DNA of 52,762 nucleotides from Welwitschia mirabilis (Eukaryota). Both the position numbers and the translations under genes were made by a program. The notes beneath the pieces are model-generated. The model saw only the letters and a list, made by a program, of their open reading frames with translations. It was not told the origin of the DNA and did no database searches. Every line of letters begins with the position of its first letter. The stretch's first letter is position 1. Where the stretch lies: positions 7,137,011 through 7,189,772 of the forward strand of contig JBOZIK010000001.1 in NCBI GenBank assembly GCA_051453625.1, read 5' to 3'. Shown piece after piece: positions 26,541 to 39,275 of this stretch.

Positions 26541-29464
26541 TCAAAAAGCATGTCAAAAAAAATATGGAATAAGGGGACATATCTTTAAGGTATGCGAAAG
26601 TGTAACTTGTTAGGTTTGTAAAAAACATGAAACAAGACTAAAGATTATAGGTTTAGTAAAAAAAGAACAAATTTCAAACATTTTTGGTAAGAAGAAAAAT
26701 AAATATAGTGGTTACACTACAATGTAAAACAAAACCTTAGAAGTGATCTAAGCACTTTAGTGTAATGAAAGGAATCATGTTTTTATCCCCTAGCATGTCT
26801 TCCCCTTTATTAATCTTTAAGTAACATCGTTATTACTCAAGATCATCTCTTCAATAGTCCTCAATCCTCATACAAGATTTTTTTTTTTTTCCTCTCTAAT
26901 ATCATTTGACATAGGTAAGAGAAAGCTTCTAGAGAGCTTGCAATAGAACAAACACAATAAAGAGAATAAAACAAGGGTTTCATTAAATATAATTATTTGA
27001 AGCCCTTATAACATAAAAATAAATGCAAAGTAATTCCTGACCCCTTATCAAAGTAGGGTAAATAAATATAAAATGCTTTTCCATCAATCTTTCATTGTAA
27101 GTTATAGATGCCAAAATCTTAAGAAAGGCTCTAAACTTAATGAATCTAGACATCATTCCATATATTTCTAGAAATTCCCAAGCCTTATTGAATCTTTTTG
27201 ATAGCTTACACATCTTTTTAGATTCTTTATAGTACTTTTGTATCAATAGAATATGATTTAGTCATTAAACATAAACTATAATAGCAATTATAGAATACTA
27301 AACTCTAATATCTTTACTATGCATTATTGAAAAGCTATATAAAGAGGTATGTATTAATCTTACATATTGTTNNNNNNNNNNNNNNNNNNNNNNNNNNNNN
27401 NNNNNNNNNNNNNNNNNNNNNNNNNNNNNNNNNNNNNNNNNNNNNNNNNNNNNNNNNNNNNNNNNNNNNNNNNNNNNNNNNNNNNNNNNNNNNNNNNNNN
27501 NNNNNNNNNNNNNNNNNNNNNNNNNNNNNNNNGAATAATATTTGCAATTACTTTATTTATTTATTTGTATGTTTTGAGGCAACTTTTTCACATTGTTATT
27601 CAACCAATAGTTATCTATGGTTTTGTTGTTTGGGATCCTTAATGAGCATATAAACATTGAAAACACATAAAGGCAATATAAAAATAATTCTTATTAAAAT
27701 AAATTAAGGTAAAAGTATGATTCTTAAATTTGAATTAATTCCTTAGGAGATAGAATCAACTTATTACTTTATAGCCTATGTTCATAAAGTTTTACTACTG
27801 ATAAATTCTCTAAAAGGGTATTCCATGTAACTCTAAAAAATGTTATTTTTATTAGAAAAATATTTTCTTTTGAAATTAGACATTTGATAATAAATGTTTT
27901 GTTATATTTCTAAATAATTATAAATATTTTTTTTAAAAAAGTAAATATATTCAACTAAAAAGTGTACATTGGGGGGCAATAATATCCTAGCTTGACCAGA
28001 CGATTAAACTGATTAAAAAAACAAAAAAAACATTTTGCTAAATGTTCAAGAGTAGACTAAGAAACAAAAAAAAATTAGGGGAAAAACTGCCCATGATGAA
28101 ATAAATTGAACCTGGGTACCTGCCTATCTAGAAGAGTAAAAAACATAGAGATACTAATAAACTAAGGGCAAAAATGCCTTAAGCTACTAAAAGTTACAAA
28201 ATCTTTAAATTTAAAAAGAGAATGACCTAGATATAGGAGGATCAGAACCTCTACAAAACAGAAAAATATTATCATGATTGTATTCAAGTAAGAAACAGTC
28301 AATATCATTAGAGAGCACCTCAAAAGTTTGATTTTCCTCTTTAAATTCTTCAGCACTTGCTAGGTTTTCATCTGGATGCAGGCTAAGGGATTTCTTTCTA
28401 TAGCTGGACTTGATGGCTTAGGGAGAAGCTCTGTGAAAGAGTCTTAATATGACAAGGGGACATCTCTTCAGTTCTTGGATTGTTACCAGCATAAATTCCC
28501 ATCGAGTAGCATTCATATCAATGTCCTTCTGAGGATGAGGCTAAATTTCTACTGAAGAAGAGTCTTAAGTTGAGTTCTGGATAGGGCTGGGGCTCCTTGC
28601 TAGCTGATAAGAGGTCTGGTCATGCCTTCCTCACTCCTGGAAGTTGGGAAATGGATGTTCCTGAACTGGTTCCTAAGCTATCTCTTAGGTGAACTCCTGA
28701 GCTGGCTTCTATTGGGTTGGATATAAACATCTCTTCTATATGATTTGGTGATAAAGTAACCCCCCTTGACTAGGGCTGATATGTGTAGTGTCTCCCTTAG
28801 AATGAGGGGTTCCTTCCATGATGGCTCTTCTCTTAAGAGTTCTCCTTAGGGAATTCTGATGTGGATGTCACCAAGGAGGAGGAAAAGGGGCCTCTCTAAT
28901 CCTGATTTCATGGGCTACTCTTCATAGAGCCAGAATTAATCTAGAGTGTCTTGAGAAGTCTTTTCTTTGAAGTGCTTAGTTAAAAAGGAAGGGTAAATTC
29001 ACTTGGTGCCTTAAGTCTGGGGATTTGAAAAAAGCAAAGTAAATTCTTGATAGCTTGGAGTAATTCCTAGACTAAATGAAATATCGGTCAACTAGCTCTA
29101 CGACTAATCCTCATGAGAGCAGTAGTACCTTTCTACTAATGTGCTTACTTAGTAACTTAGGAATTCCACTTGGAAAGAAGTAAAGTGCTTCACATTGCCC
29201 TTGACTTCCAAAAGGAATATGTTCTCTATCTGTAAGAATCTCGAAAATCTTGGAAAGGGAATATTCAATTATCTTGATAGGGATTCTTCTGTAAGTTGTG
29301 CGGACTCCTCTCCATCATCTATAAAAGAGGGCAATATCAGTCCCCTGATCTTCCTTAAGCTTGTNNNNNNNNNNNNNNNNNNNNNNNNNNNNNNNNNNNN
29401 NNNNNNNNNNNNNNNNNNNNNNNNNNNNNNNNNNNNNNNNNNNNNNNNNNNNNNNNNNNNNNNN

Positions 29465-29540
<76 letters not shown>
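29465..29540. repeat. Compound microsatellite (CA)23-GACA-(GA)13 next to a gap
   Basis: Read directly from the sequence. The left end is truncated by the 100-N gap. Confidence 0.97.
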
Positions 29541-29545
<5 letters not shown>

Positions 29546-29939
29546 AGAATTTCATTGTATTATATGATGGAATGTGAATCCGAGGATCTCTAATTTAATA
29601 TCATGCACAATCATTAAATTCTATTTTAGTAAAGAGTAAAACTTCATAGTTTTAAAATCATTTCGCATTATCATAAAATTTTGATAAGTTGTTCAATATA
29701 AATTTCATTTAATGAAATTGATATGTCCATAAGAAAATAAAAATAGTCATAAGATAAATTTATTTGAAACAAAATATCAAACATAAAATTTATTAGATAA
29801 AGGAATTAATTACATCATTACTTAGAAGGAGGACACAACCTTGCTCAAACCACTTAAAACTAAGAAATAAATCACTCTAATAAAGCAACTTAATTTTGAG
29901 AATGGCCAAAGAACTTGTTTTTTTAATTGAAATGCCTAG

Positions 29940-30430
29940 CCTTAGATGATGATCCTGCAGAACTCTCACCTAGGAGCAGTAAGTGCATTTCACTTAGGGA
30001 TTCTAATAGGATGTTGATTTCTGAAGATCACTAAAAGTTTTTGTGAGGCTTTACATTCCATATCGTCTTCTCTATGTTCTTCCTATCAAAGCTTAATGCA
30101 GCTAGACAAGTGTAGGATTTGGGCCTTAAAGCTGATCAACTCTCTTTTCTAACACTGCATCCATCTAGCTAATTGGTCTAAGGAAACATTGTAAGCTGAG
30201 TGTTCTTCATTAAGTTGCCAATGTAGTTCTTCTGTCATAACCCTCAGATGCTTGGCCACTAGGTGATAAATCATGAGATCAAAACTTAGAGGAATGATCC
30301 CATTCTTAAAACATTGTCTCTCAACTTTAGTAATGAAGGTATTTAAGGTATCTAAAACCTCAGCAGTTTTGTATCCATAATACACTGAGTACTGCACTCC
30401 ATTCTCAGACCTAATAAAAATCTGAGGGGA
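29940..30430 (-). pseudogene. Fossil ORF of unknown family
   Basis: One frame reads SPQIFIRSENGVQYSVYYGYKTAEVLDTLNTF...LDQLARWMQC*KRELISFKAQILHLSSCIKL**EEHREDDMECKASQKLL. It has protein-like composition and only occasional TAG/TGA stops. Confidence 0.4.
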
Positions 30431-31149
30431 TTAGTGTTTTACACTTCTAATGCACATATTAATCTGCATAGAACTTAATAAGGTAATGATTTATCTTCTT
30501 AATACCTAAATCAACAATAAAAGAGTGAGAGGGAATGGATTTCATAAGGATTATCTAAGAAAAAGTAGTAAGGATTAAATAGGAGCAAATAGAGGAACTC
30601 TAAGAGTTAGTATGAAGAATGATAAGTGGTTAGCATGAAAAAATGAAATTTATAGCATACGTCTCATTTAATGTAGTTGACAAGTGTGATTTATTTTAGA
30701 ATATTCAATGCACACGTATTCAATGATGAAGTGAGAGATTTTGAAGGAGCTACATACCTATTCTATCTAACATCCAACATGTGCCAAGTGTCAGTAAATA
30801 TCTTTATGTTAATGTAAGAGTTATGGAATTCCAAACTGACTGAGGCTTAACCTGAACTTGAAACTTCAGCTTAATTAATGATTAGTTTAGTTTTCCCTAA
30901 GCTGCAAGCCTTTATAGGAACCCACTACATTTTGTGTCATCATCAATTACTAAGTGGTTAAGTGAAATCCTGTAATTTATTTTTAAATTAATGAAAACCT
31001 TTAGATAATGTTATAAAAACATAATTAATGATATATAGAAAAAGAATGTATTTTCGGAGGAGAATAAGAAGATGAGTATTACCTATATTATTTTCTTGGC
31101 AATACATTATCAAGAGCTAAAATTCTGAAATAGGTTTATCTAGTTAACT

Positions 31150-31462
31150 AACACTAACTCAAATTTAAAACTTTAAGTAAGATTTCAAGATAATTCATAA
31201 ACATAGAAATTTATTTTTCTAAATCTTGTATCATTTAAACCTGTATAAAACAATATCACTTAACTTGATTAACACTAGCTCAAAGTCAAAACTTTGAGTA
31301 AGATTTTAAGCCAAGCCATTGTGATGCAAGATAAGAAGTTAACTAAAACCAGCTTAAAGTCGAAACTTTAAATCAAATTTTAAGTCAACCCATTATGCTG
31401 TAAGCCAAAAGGCAATTGATACCAATTCAAAGTCAAAACTTTGAGCCAGAATTTAAGTCAAC
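31150..31462 (+). repeat. Four-copy diverged tandem array (last three copies with 73-74 bp period)
   Basis: A core like AACACTAGCTCAAAGTCAAAACTTTGAGTAAGATTTTAAG starts at ~31150, 31271, 31345 and 31418. Confidence 0.85.
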
Positions 31463-32469
31463 TTATTTCCGAAGAGCGGGAATCCTTTCTTGAAGGCCTC
31501 CATTGATTTTTCTCTATATCTTCCTTACACGATCTCATTTCTTTATTCTATCTTACTTTAGTATATTTAAGTGGCTAGGATTCAAAGGATCCTGTTAAGA
31601 ACTTAACCCCTTTAAACCCATTGTTAGCTTTATAATGGATTTGATGATCCTCATTGAGAACTCTTGAGTTCTTGATCATCCTTATCAAATCCTTTGATTG
31701 TAGAGAGTGGCAACCATTTAAATATGACACGTTATTTCTCTAAACCATCACTTAAAATCATTCTTAATCACCCTTCCTCATTCCCGACAACTTCCATTGA
31801 AAAGCAGCAAATGACTTCTTTCCATGTCATCAAGCTCATGTCCGCCTCCACCATATCCGTTCCATGTTAAGTAAATTCCCTTATTATTCCCTTTGTCAAT
31901 ATGTCAGTCAATTTTCCAACTTTAACTCCGACATGAAATAATTCATTTCTCAACTATTTTCTAACAAAAATTTTTAGTCTCTTCAAGCGTGTAAATTAAA
32001 TGCAATAAGCGGGTACAAAACTTTTAGTTATTTTAAGGGAAAAACTGGTATGTAATTTCATTTTCATTTCTGCATTTTACTTTTTCATGCTTCTTTATGC
32101 TTTTTCATGCTTAAGTCTCATAGAATTATAGCGTAACAACTTCACAGAAAAATTTCAAATATGTCTAATGTTATTATTTTCAACATTCAGGAGTATGCAA
32201 GATTTAAAGGTGGGGCTACAATGAACAACAAAAATATGTGAAAATGTTTTATATTCTTTCAAAAAAACCTACTTAATGAATGTGAGATCGCTTTTCAAAT
32301 GTTATTAGTTAAGTAGTTTTCTTTATAAAACGTTTTTCTAATAAGCTTTTAAAATGACCTTGTTTACCTTAAATAATTATCATAATTTGATAGAATGTAG
32401 AATTATTTATTCATTAAATTTCGTAAATGTACTTTTAAATCACTGTTTAGCAAAATTTAAATTGAAAAT

Positions 32470-35060
32470 TATTGAATTACGATGATACGAATGGTTACCT
32501 CTAAATAACAGATTCACTACTTTAAAATCTATCTATGAATTTTATAAGAATTTAATATTTGATGATAAAATAATACATTAGAAATAATTTTTGAAAATAA
32601 AATGATATCAATTACTTAAGAAGATATTAGAGAAATGTTGCACTTGCCACATGAAAGTAAATCGATTAAGGATACCAGCAAGAAAGAAAACACCAATTTA
32701 AGTATGAGTCTTTCAAGGAGGATGGCAGTGCAAGGTAGAATACTGATCAATGAAGATTTGGATCCTAAAATCTTTATTATTTCAATAATCGTGGCTAGTA
32801 ATTTGGTACCAATTCTACATAAACAAAAAGAAATCACCTTACTTGACCTAAATATGATAGTAGTTGTGAAGGATAAGACAAATCATACAAAAATTAATAT
32901 TGCAGAAGGAATATTTTTGGGTTTGATTAGACATATTTAAAAAATGAGGAAAGTCAGAATAGGAGCTTCTAGTGTTGTAAGGCTAGGATTTCCATTTTTA
33001 ATAGCCTGAATATTAAGTAAAAATAAAGTTCCATTTCAACTCAATAAGTCTTGTGTAGGCTTAACAATTCAAAGTCTATTTGGAGTCAAAGAATTAAGTA
33101 TTTCGGAAACCATAGGATAAAGAAGTTCTACAGTTCTCAACCAGATCTAGAAAAACCCTCTTTTGCTTCTCAAATTCTTCCTTCATTACTGCCTCCTATA
33201 AGTTATGAACCAAGATCTAACACAATTCTCTTTTAAAGATCTCCTTTCCTCCCATCCACTATAGTCTAATCAATTCTTTAAAGCACTAGAAGAAGATAAA
33301 ATCAATAGTCTTTATAGTGCTTTAGACTTAGTTAAATATGGAATTGAAACCTATCTCAATAGAAAAGAAGAAGTATCAAAATTACAAAATTAAGTTGGTA
33401 ATTTAAAAATTGAAAAAAAAAATTTGAGACAAAAATTAGATTAAGAAAAAGAAAATACTAAAAGATTACAATAGGAAATAATTTAAAAGGAGGAAAATAT
33501 TCAGCTCTTTGAAGCCTACAAGGACATGTGTAGAAAATTACAGAAATCTTATGAATGCATTGTTAAATTGGAGACCACTATCGAAAATAGGAAAGAATTA
33601 GATACTTTTCCATGAGAAAGACCAGAACTGTTAGTATCTTTATTATAGAGTCTACCTTTAAACAAGAAATATTGTGCTGAATACATAGAGCATCAACAAA
33701 AATTCATTACATTTATGCATAATGAAGGGTCTTTAACCTTGAGTATGAAATATTCAAATAAAATCTACATAGACCTAAACAGGATAAATGAAAAATATAT
33801 GAAAATTCAAGCAGAGGCCTACGAATATAGACTCAAATGGCTTGAAGCATAAAATTCACTTAGTTATTATCATTCCATTTTGGGAGTAAATAAGAGAGCC
33901 ATAGATCAAATGATAGAAGAAAACAAGGCTGTCAAAAATAAGAAAGGAGAAGCAAGCTCTTTTGGTCAACCTCATCAAGATCCAATCATCGAGTATATAA
34001 CTTCAGAAATAAAAGAGAAGATCAGAAGAGCAGTAAGTTTAATATAAAATAAAAATATTCCTTCAACCTCTTCAACTTTATTTATAAAGTTAAAAAATAA
34101 AGTAAGGCTAGGTATTGCAAATGCTTTAAAAGAATCTCATATAGAGTTGAAGAAGAATATTAAGGTAATATGTCCAAAATCTACCCAAATTATTATTCAA
34201 AATCTAGAAAGAGAAGATATGAGATTACTGCATGAACTCCACCTAATGAAGGTTAAGTTAGGCAAGAGAATTAGTCTTGGGCATGAGGAATTGACAGTTC
34301 TGCAAAGCCTTGATTACTATCTATAGAAGCTATATGATTTTATTGATAAATTTGAAGAGCATTTAGAAAGTATCATTCAAAAGACTTCTAGGAGGGTGGT
34401 TAAAGCTAAGCATAATTTTTTATAGTTGTGAAAAATATATTAAATCCTTGAGGAATAAAATTTTATAAAAAATAAATAAAGTTTTTAATAAAAAATTTTA
34501 AAATTTTTAAATGATATAACCATAAAATTTTGTAAAATTAGAAGAATGTGAGACAGATATGAATATTTTTGCAGTATCCTATCAAAATTTTCAGCATCTA
34601 TGTTCCTTTAGAGATATAATTATGAAAAATATGACCATGCTAAGAGGCACTTTTATGGATATCTTTTCAAAATTGTAAAACAAGGACTCATTAGAAGTGT
34701 ATATAGTCTTGATAAGATAAACCTCAAGAGCAGGATTACAAGTTAAAGTAGCTTTAGAACTAGAACATTGGCTTCAAAATACCAAAACAAAAATTCTTGT
34801 ATCTTCTAAAGAAAGAGAGGAGAGCTAGAGTAGCTAGGGGCTCTTTAAAGAGGGAGAGGCAGAGGAAGAAAGATAGCAATTAAAGAGCCAACAAATACAA
34901 AAACTATAAATTTGAATGATCCCGTTTGATAGAGGAACAAAGGAAAAGTTTGGCTACCTTAGAAGAAGAAAAATAATCAACCCAATTAGCCAAGAAATTA
35001 TAAGAATCAGAGTCTAGTGAAGATCATCTCTTTGTTTTCAAAACGAGAAAAGAAAAATGA
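32470..35060 (+). pseudogene. Long fossil ORF: N-terminal plant-transposon-protein (Transposase_32/env-like) domain plus coiled coil; probable retrotransposon accessory gene
   Basis: Motifs YEWLPL..LKSIYEFYKNL (~32490-32555), KINIAEGIFLGLIRHI and LGFPFLIA*IL. Frame +1 reads as protein-like from 32635 to ~34450, broken mainly by TAA/TAG/TGA at likely CAA/CAG/CGA codons (e.g. EEVSKLQN*VGNLKIEKKNLRQKLD*EKENTKRLQ*E). It continues after frameshifts to ~35060. Confidence 0.7.
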
Positions 35061-36029
35061 TAAGCCTCTTGTTCTTTTTCTTTTGTATCTATTTGTTAAG
35101 GGACTTCCAAAATATTGAGCTTGAGGAGAACTGATGAGAACTTATAATGATGTAAATTTTTATTATTAATGAAATGCTTTTGTTCTTAGAATCATATATT
35201 TTAGATAGTATTTGATATTTCTCTTTAGCATTTAAGTTAACATACTAGTTAGTTTATAAGTTAGTTAGTTAAGGTTGTAGAAATACAACAACAAATCCAA
35301 CGATAAACCTATTATTCAAGAGGAAAGAAGGGAAATGAAAAAACAAAAAGGGCTAAAGGGTATAATAAGAAGATCATCATAGAGAGTAGGGATCTTTGGC
35401 AAAAAGGTTCTAGAAATAGAACTAAGCAAAGGGTCAAAAGGGAAACTTCAAACATCCTAAAAAGGGTGTAGGCAGCATCTCCAATGTTCAAGCGTTACCT
35501 ATAAAGGAAAACACAAACTTATCAATACATTTCTATGTAATGTTCTCGTATTTTAATATAAAGTTAAAAAGCTAATATTTTTTATGTACTGTGAACATGT
35601 TTTATTACTTGAAAAAATAATATTCTCTTGTACTTGCTCTTGTTTATGCATGTTATAACCCACATTTTGTAAGCTTTAATTAATAGGGTTTCTAAACTAT
35701 GTAAAACACTTTGATATTAATTTNNNNNNNNNNNNNNNNNNNNNNNNNNNNNNNNNNNNNNNNNNNNNNNNNNNNNNNNNNNNNNNNNNNNNNNNNNNNN
35801 NNNNNNNNNNNNNNNNNNNNNNNTCGTAAGCTTTCATCAGGTAGGAACCAAACACTTTGTAAGAACGTGATCTGATTCATTGTTGTAAGCTAAGCTATAG
35901 ATACAAATTTGGTGGCCTTGACATTAATAATAGTTACAAGAGTTAAATAAATTGAAGTATTTGAACTTTTGTTTGAAAACGTGTCTAATGGCTTCCAAAG
36001 TTAAAGAATGCTTTTGCTTTAAAGGCTTA

Positions 36030-36270
36030 ACTTATATGAAGTAGTATTTTTGTCAAAACTCAGAACCCTCATCTAGAGGGGAGATATCATAAATAATATT
36101 TCTAACCTTTGAAATAATATCTTTCTTTATTGATTGAAAAATTAGAGGAAGATTTGGAAGCTTCACATATCATCCAACATGCTTATGTATAAAATCATCA
36201 ACATGAAAATTAAATTTTCATGTGTGAGCAACAAGGGTTGTAGTTTGTGCCTAAAAGAGTTTAATTGATA
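36030..36270 (-). mobile_element. Possible Ty3/Gypsy (Tat/Ogre-like) integrase C-terminal remnant
   Basis: In-frame NFHVDDFIHKH...KVRNIIYDISPLDEGSEF*QKYYFI*, compared with F.VGDLV.K...Y.L..LDG...LKKYY*. Weak match. Confidence 0.3.
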
Positions 36271-36368
36271 GAACTTTCTCCACCATGGAGGGAGACTTTT
36301 TCAGATAGAATTTTTTCCACCATAGAGGGAAACTCTTATAGATAGAACTTTGTCCACCCTGAAGGGAT
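36267..36368 (+). repeat. 37-bp tandem repeat, three copies
   Basis: GATAGAAC/TTTT.TCCACC..G/AGGGA units start at 36267, 36304 and 36341. Confidence 0.9.
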
Positions 36369-38119
36369 ATTTAAGATCCTCAAGAGTAAAGTTACATGTG
36401 TAACAGCATAGAAGAACAACATTCGTCTTTTTTACCATAAAAATATTTTGAAGCTACATAAGGATAAATTTATGACATGGAAAAAATCAACAACTTAAAA
36501 GCCAACAAAGCATGGGGTATAATCCTTGGAAATGAATTCAAAGACATCCCAAGATTAAGTGTATTTAACAATAATTATACTTGTATTTCTACCTTTGAAA
36601 TGAGTCAATGAGGTTCCTTTCCCATCATCCTAGCAGTGAGGAAGAGATAGATCAAAGGTATTTAAAGGATTCATAATGAAGGAGGAAGGCCAAGGATTAA
36701 TAATGAAGTGTGAAATATCACTTGAGAAGGAATGAGGTATATATTGACTTAGTGGGTCACCCATGATGAACTTGTTATTTTTTCTATTGTGTTTGTATGA
36801 AGGTTACTCAAGTTTACTTATTAATGAAAATGGGAAAGGAAAAGAAGTGTTAAGAGAATTTTATATAAATAAGAGATGTGACTGAAGCTTTATGTTTGTG
36901 GTTAAAGGTTTGGGGTTTGAGTTTTATAAACCAATATAGTTTAAGAATTATATATAAGTAATTTTATCAAGAAGATGAAAAAAACAAAAAAACATCATAG
37001 ATAACTTTATAAATGACATCTTTTAGATTCATGCCATATATATTTTTCTGTTCTATACATCCTAGGGGCTTACGAACATAATTTTAAATAAAAAGTTTTA
37101 ATTTCAATTATAGATGGACTAAGTGCAATGAAAGCCTTATTTGATTTGTAAAATAATTTTAAAAAGAGGTAATTCTGTATTGGGATGTTCTTAGATAATT
37201 ATTATGTGTTCACACTCAACCTACCATTTGGTAAGGTTTATGCTATTTGAGGTTTTGAATTAGCAAGTAAACATTAAAACAAAATAGGTGAAGTACAAAA
37301 ATAATTTTCGCTGGAAGAATTCAAGGTAAAAAACAAAACCAAGTATGACATTATGCTTCTAAAAGCTATCTTGATGCTTTTGGAGATAGAAGCTATTTGT
37401 TAGTTTGTAGCTTATGTCTGTAATTCCTTAAATCTCGCTTTTGATAAATTTTCTAAAAGGATGATCCATGCTACTAAACAAAAGGATTAGTTTTATTATG
37501 AGAATATTTGTCTTTAAAATTGGCACATTTAAGAACAAATCTTTCATTGTGATTCTAAATAATTCTAAATAATTATTTAAAAAAGCAAAAAACATGGAAT
37601 GTGAGAAATAATTTTATTCAGACAATATAAAAGAAAACATTTTTACAAAGAAAACTTATTAAAGTGATACCATTCCTCTTCATGCGTAGATTCAAACTAG
37701 TAGGAGAAGAATGAGATCTCATTATTTTAAAGTTAAAGCATGTAGGTGGCTTCCAGCTTGATTAGAATGGACATGCTAACTTTGTGACCAAAGTGTTGTG
37801 GAATAGAAATGCCACGTCTTTCTTAAATGCCCCTCGACACATAACATCCAGAAAAAATATAACATTAAAGCTCATATTTTATTTATTCATTTCAAGTTTT
37901 ATTTAGAATTTTGGTAACTTTACACATAAAAGATTTCAAGTATGTGCTACATATATTTCTTTTACCTAATAAGTTTTTAAGATCATTATAAATATTATAA
38001 TAATAATAAAAATTCTAATTTTTATGTTTTATAAGTTTAAAATTTTAATATTAATAATTTACAAAGCCAGACTTGCTAAAATAAAAGTGAAAAAAATGAA
38101 TTCATGTCTTTAGAGACGT

Positions 38120-38668
38120 TAATAGTAAAACGGTACTCTTGTAACTATGTGATTGTGAGTTGGATTACATGTGATAGTGGGGAGAAAGAAAATCCCGTTC
38201 AACAAAAAAAAACAAAAAAACAAAAAACAAAAAACAAAAGTTACCGAAAATCAATACTGCGTTAAAACTTGCGCCAGAGTGGTTCTTCCGCGAACGGGCG
38301 ATGACGCGTGGGATCTAAGAGTCCTCCAGTCTCTCCGTTTCTTCTGAATTGATTCCCGTTTAGTTACTTTTCATTTCCAGCTTCATATCCATCTCCGGAT
38401 CTTGAAGGGCAGAAGGCTTTCATACACAGTCGTATTTGATCTTCCCAAACAACCGAACGGTTGTTTGATTAATTTGAGAGGCTTAGAGTTTCGAACACGA
38501 AACACCCAGTTGCATTCTTCTAATTTGCTTTTTAAAAGCTCAAGGGTTCATATTACAGATCTATAGTCGAAGCTTTTTGAAGCTAGAATTCTTCATTTTG
38601 AAAATTGTTATTTGGTATAGTAAGTTTGAAAAGGGAGAAGTATCCAGAGGCATTTCAAGAGGAGCACA
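38120..38668 (+). promoter_or_regulatory. CpG-retaining promoter/5'UTR region of the WD40 gene
   Basis: Local CG enrichment (GCGCC, CCGCGAACGGGCG) in an otherwise CG-poor window. Contains TGACG (38302-38306), ACGCGT (38304-38309) and six AACGG/CCGTT cores. The TSS was not determined. Confidence 0.65.
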
Positions 38669-38800
38669 ATGCTGAAACTGAGGGCATTCCGTCAAACCAA
38701 TGACAAAATTGTTAAAGTTCAATTGCATCCGACGCATCCGTGGTTGGTGACGGCGGATGCTTCTGACAATGTGGTTGTTTGGGATTGGGAACACCGTCAG
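38669..38800 (+). CDS. TWD40-2: TPLATE-complex WD40 subunit (TWD40-2-like), coding exon 1
   Basis: MLKLRAFRQTNDKIVKVQLHPTHPWLVTADASDNVVVWDWEHRQ matches the recalled N-terminus of Arabidopsis TWD40-2 (MLRARAFRQTNGKIVKIQVHPTHPWLVTAD..WNWEHRQ). 132 nt, donor CAG|GTAAAC, phase 0. Confidence 0.93.
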
Positions 38801-39275
38801 GTAAACGTTGTTGAATCACCTGCTTTTCGTTTTCGCAAGATTTATGTAAAATTTAGTTTTGCTTTATCTAATCTTCCCGTAAGATCGTATTGACAATTAT
38901 TTTGGAGGATTGGGACTTAAAGGGATTCAAACTTAAGACTACCAATTTCTAAAATGGCTTAAAACAGTGCTTCTGCATCAATAGTTTAGGTAATTTTTGT
39001 GAAACACCTTTACTGGTTAGCTACTACGTGTTTTGCAACTCATCTATATGTAATAGACATCTTGCTTACCTGAAGTAAATGTTTTTCCTAGTTAACATAT
39101 GTACAATTTTTAACTCTAATGATAGTAGGGAGTCTAACTAAAGCCTTCACTCCTTTGCTTACAGTGTGGACAAATAGATACAAGGGCTATAAGCCACGTT
39201 AAATAGCTATTCTATGTTTATTCATAGTTTTGCATGATTTATCGTAACAACCACAATGTACTTTATCTTAAACAG

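Noticed and set aside
31150..31462. Regularly spaced repeats as a CRISPR-like array (also 36267-36368)
   Set aside because: The context is eukaryotic, the repeats are diverged, the intervening parts are themselves homologous rather than unique spacers, and there are no cas genes.
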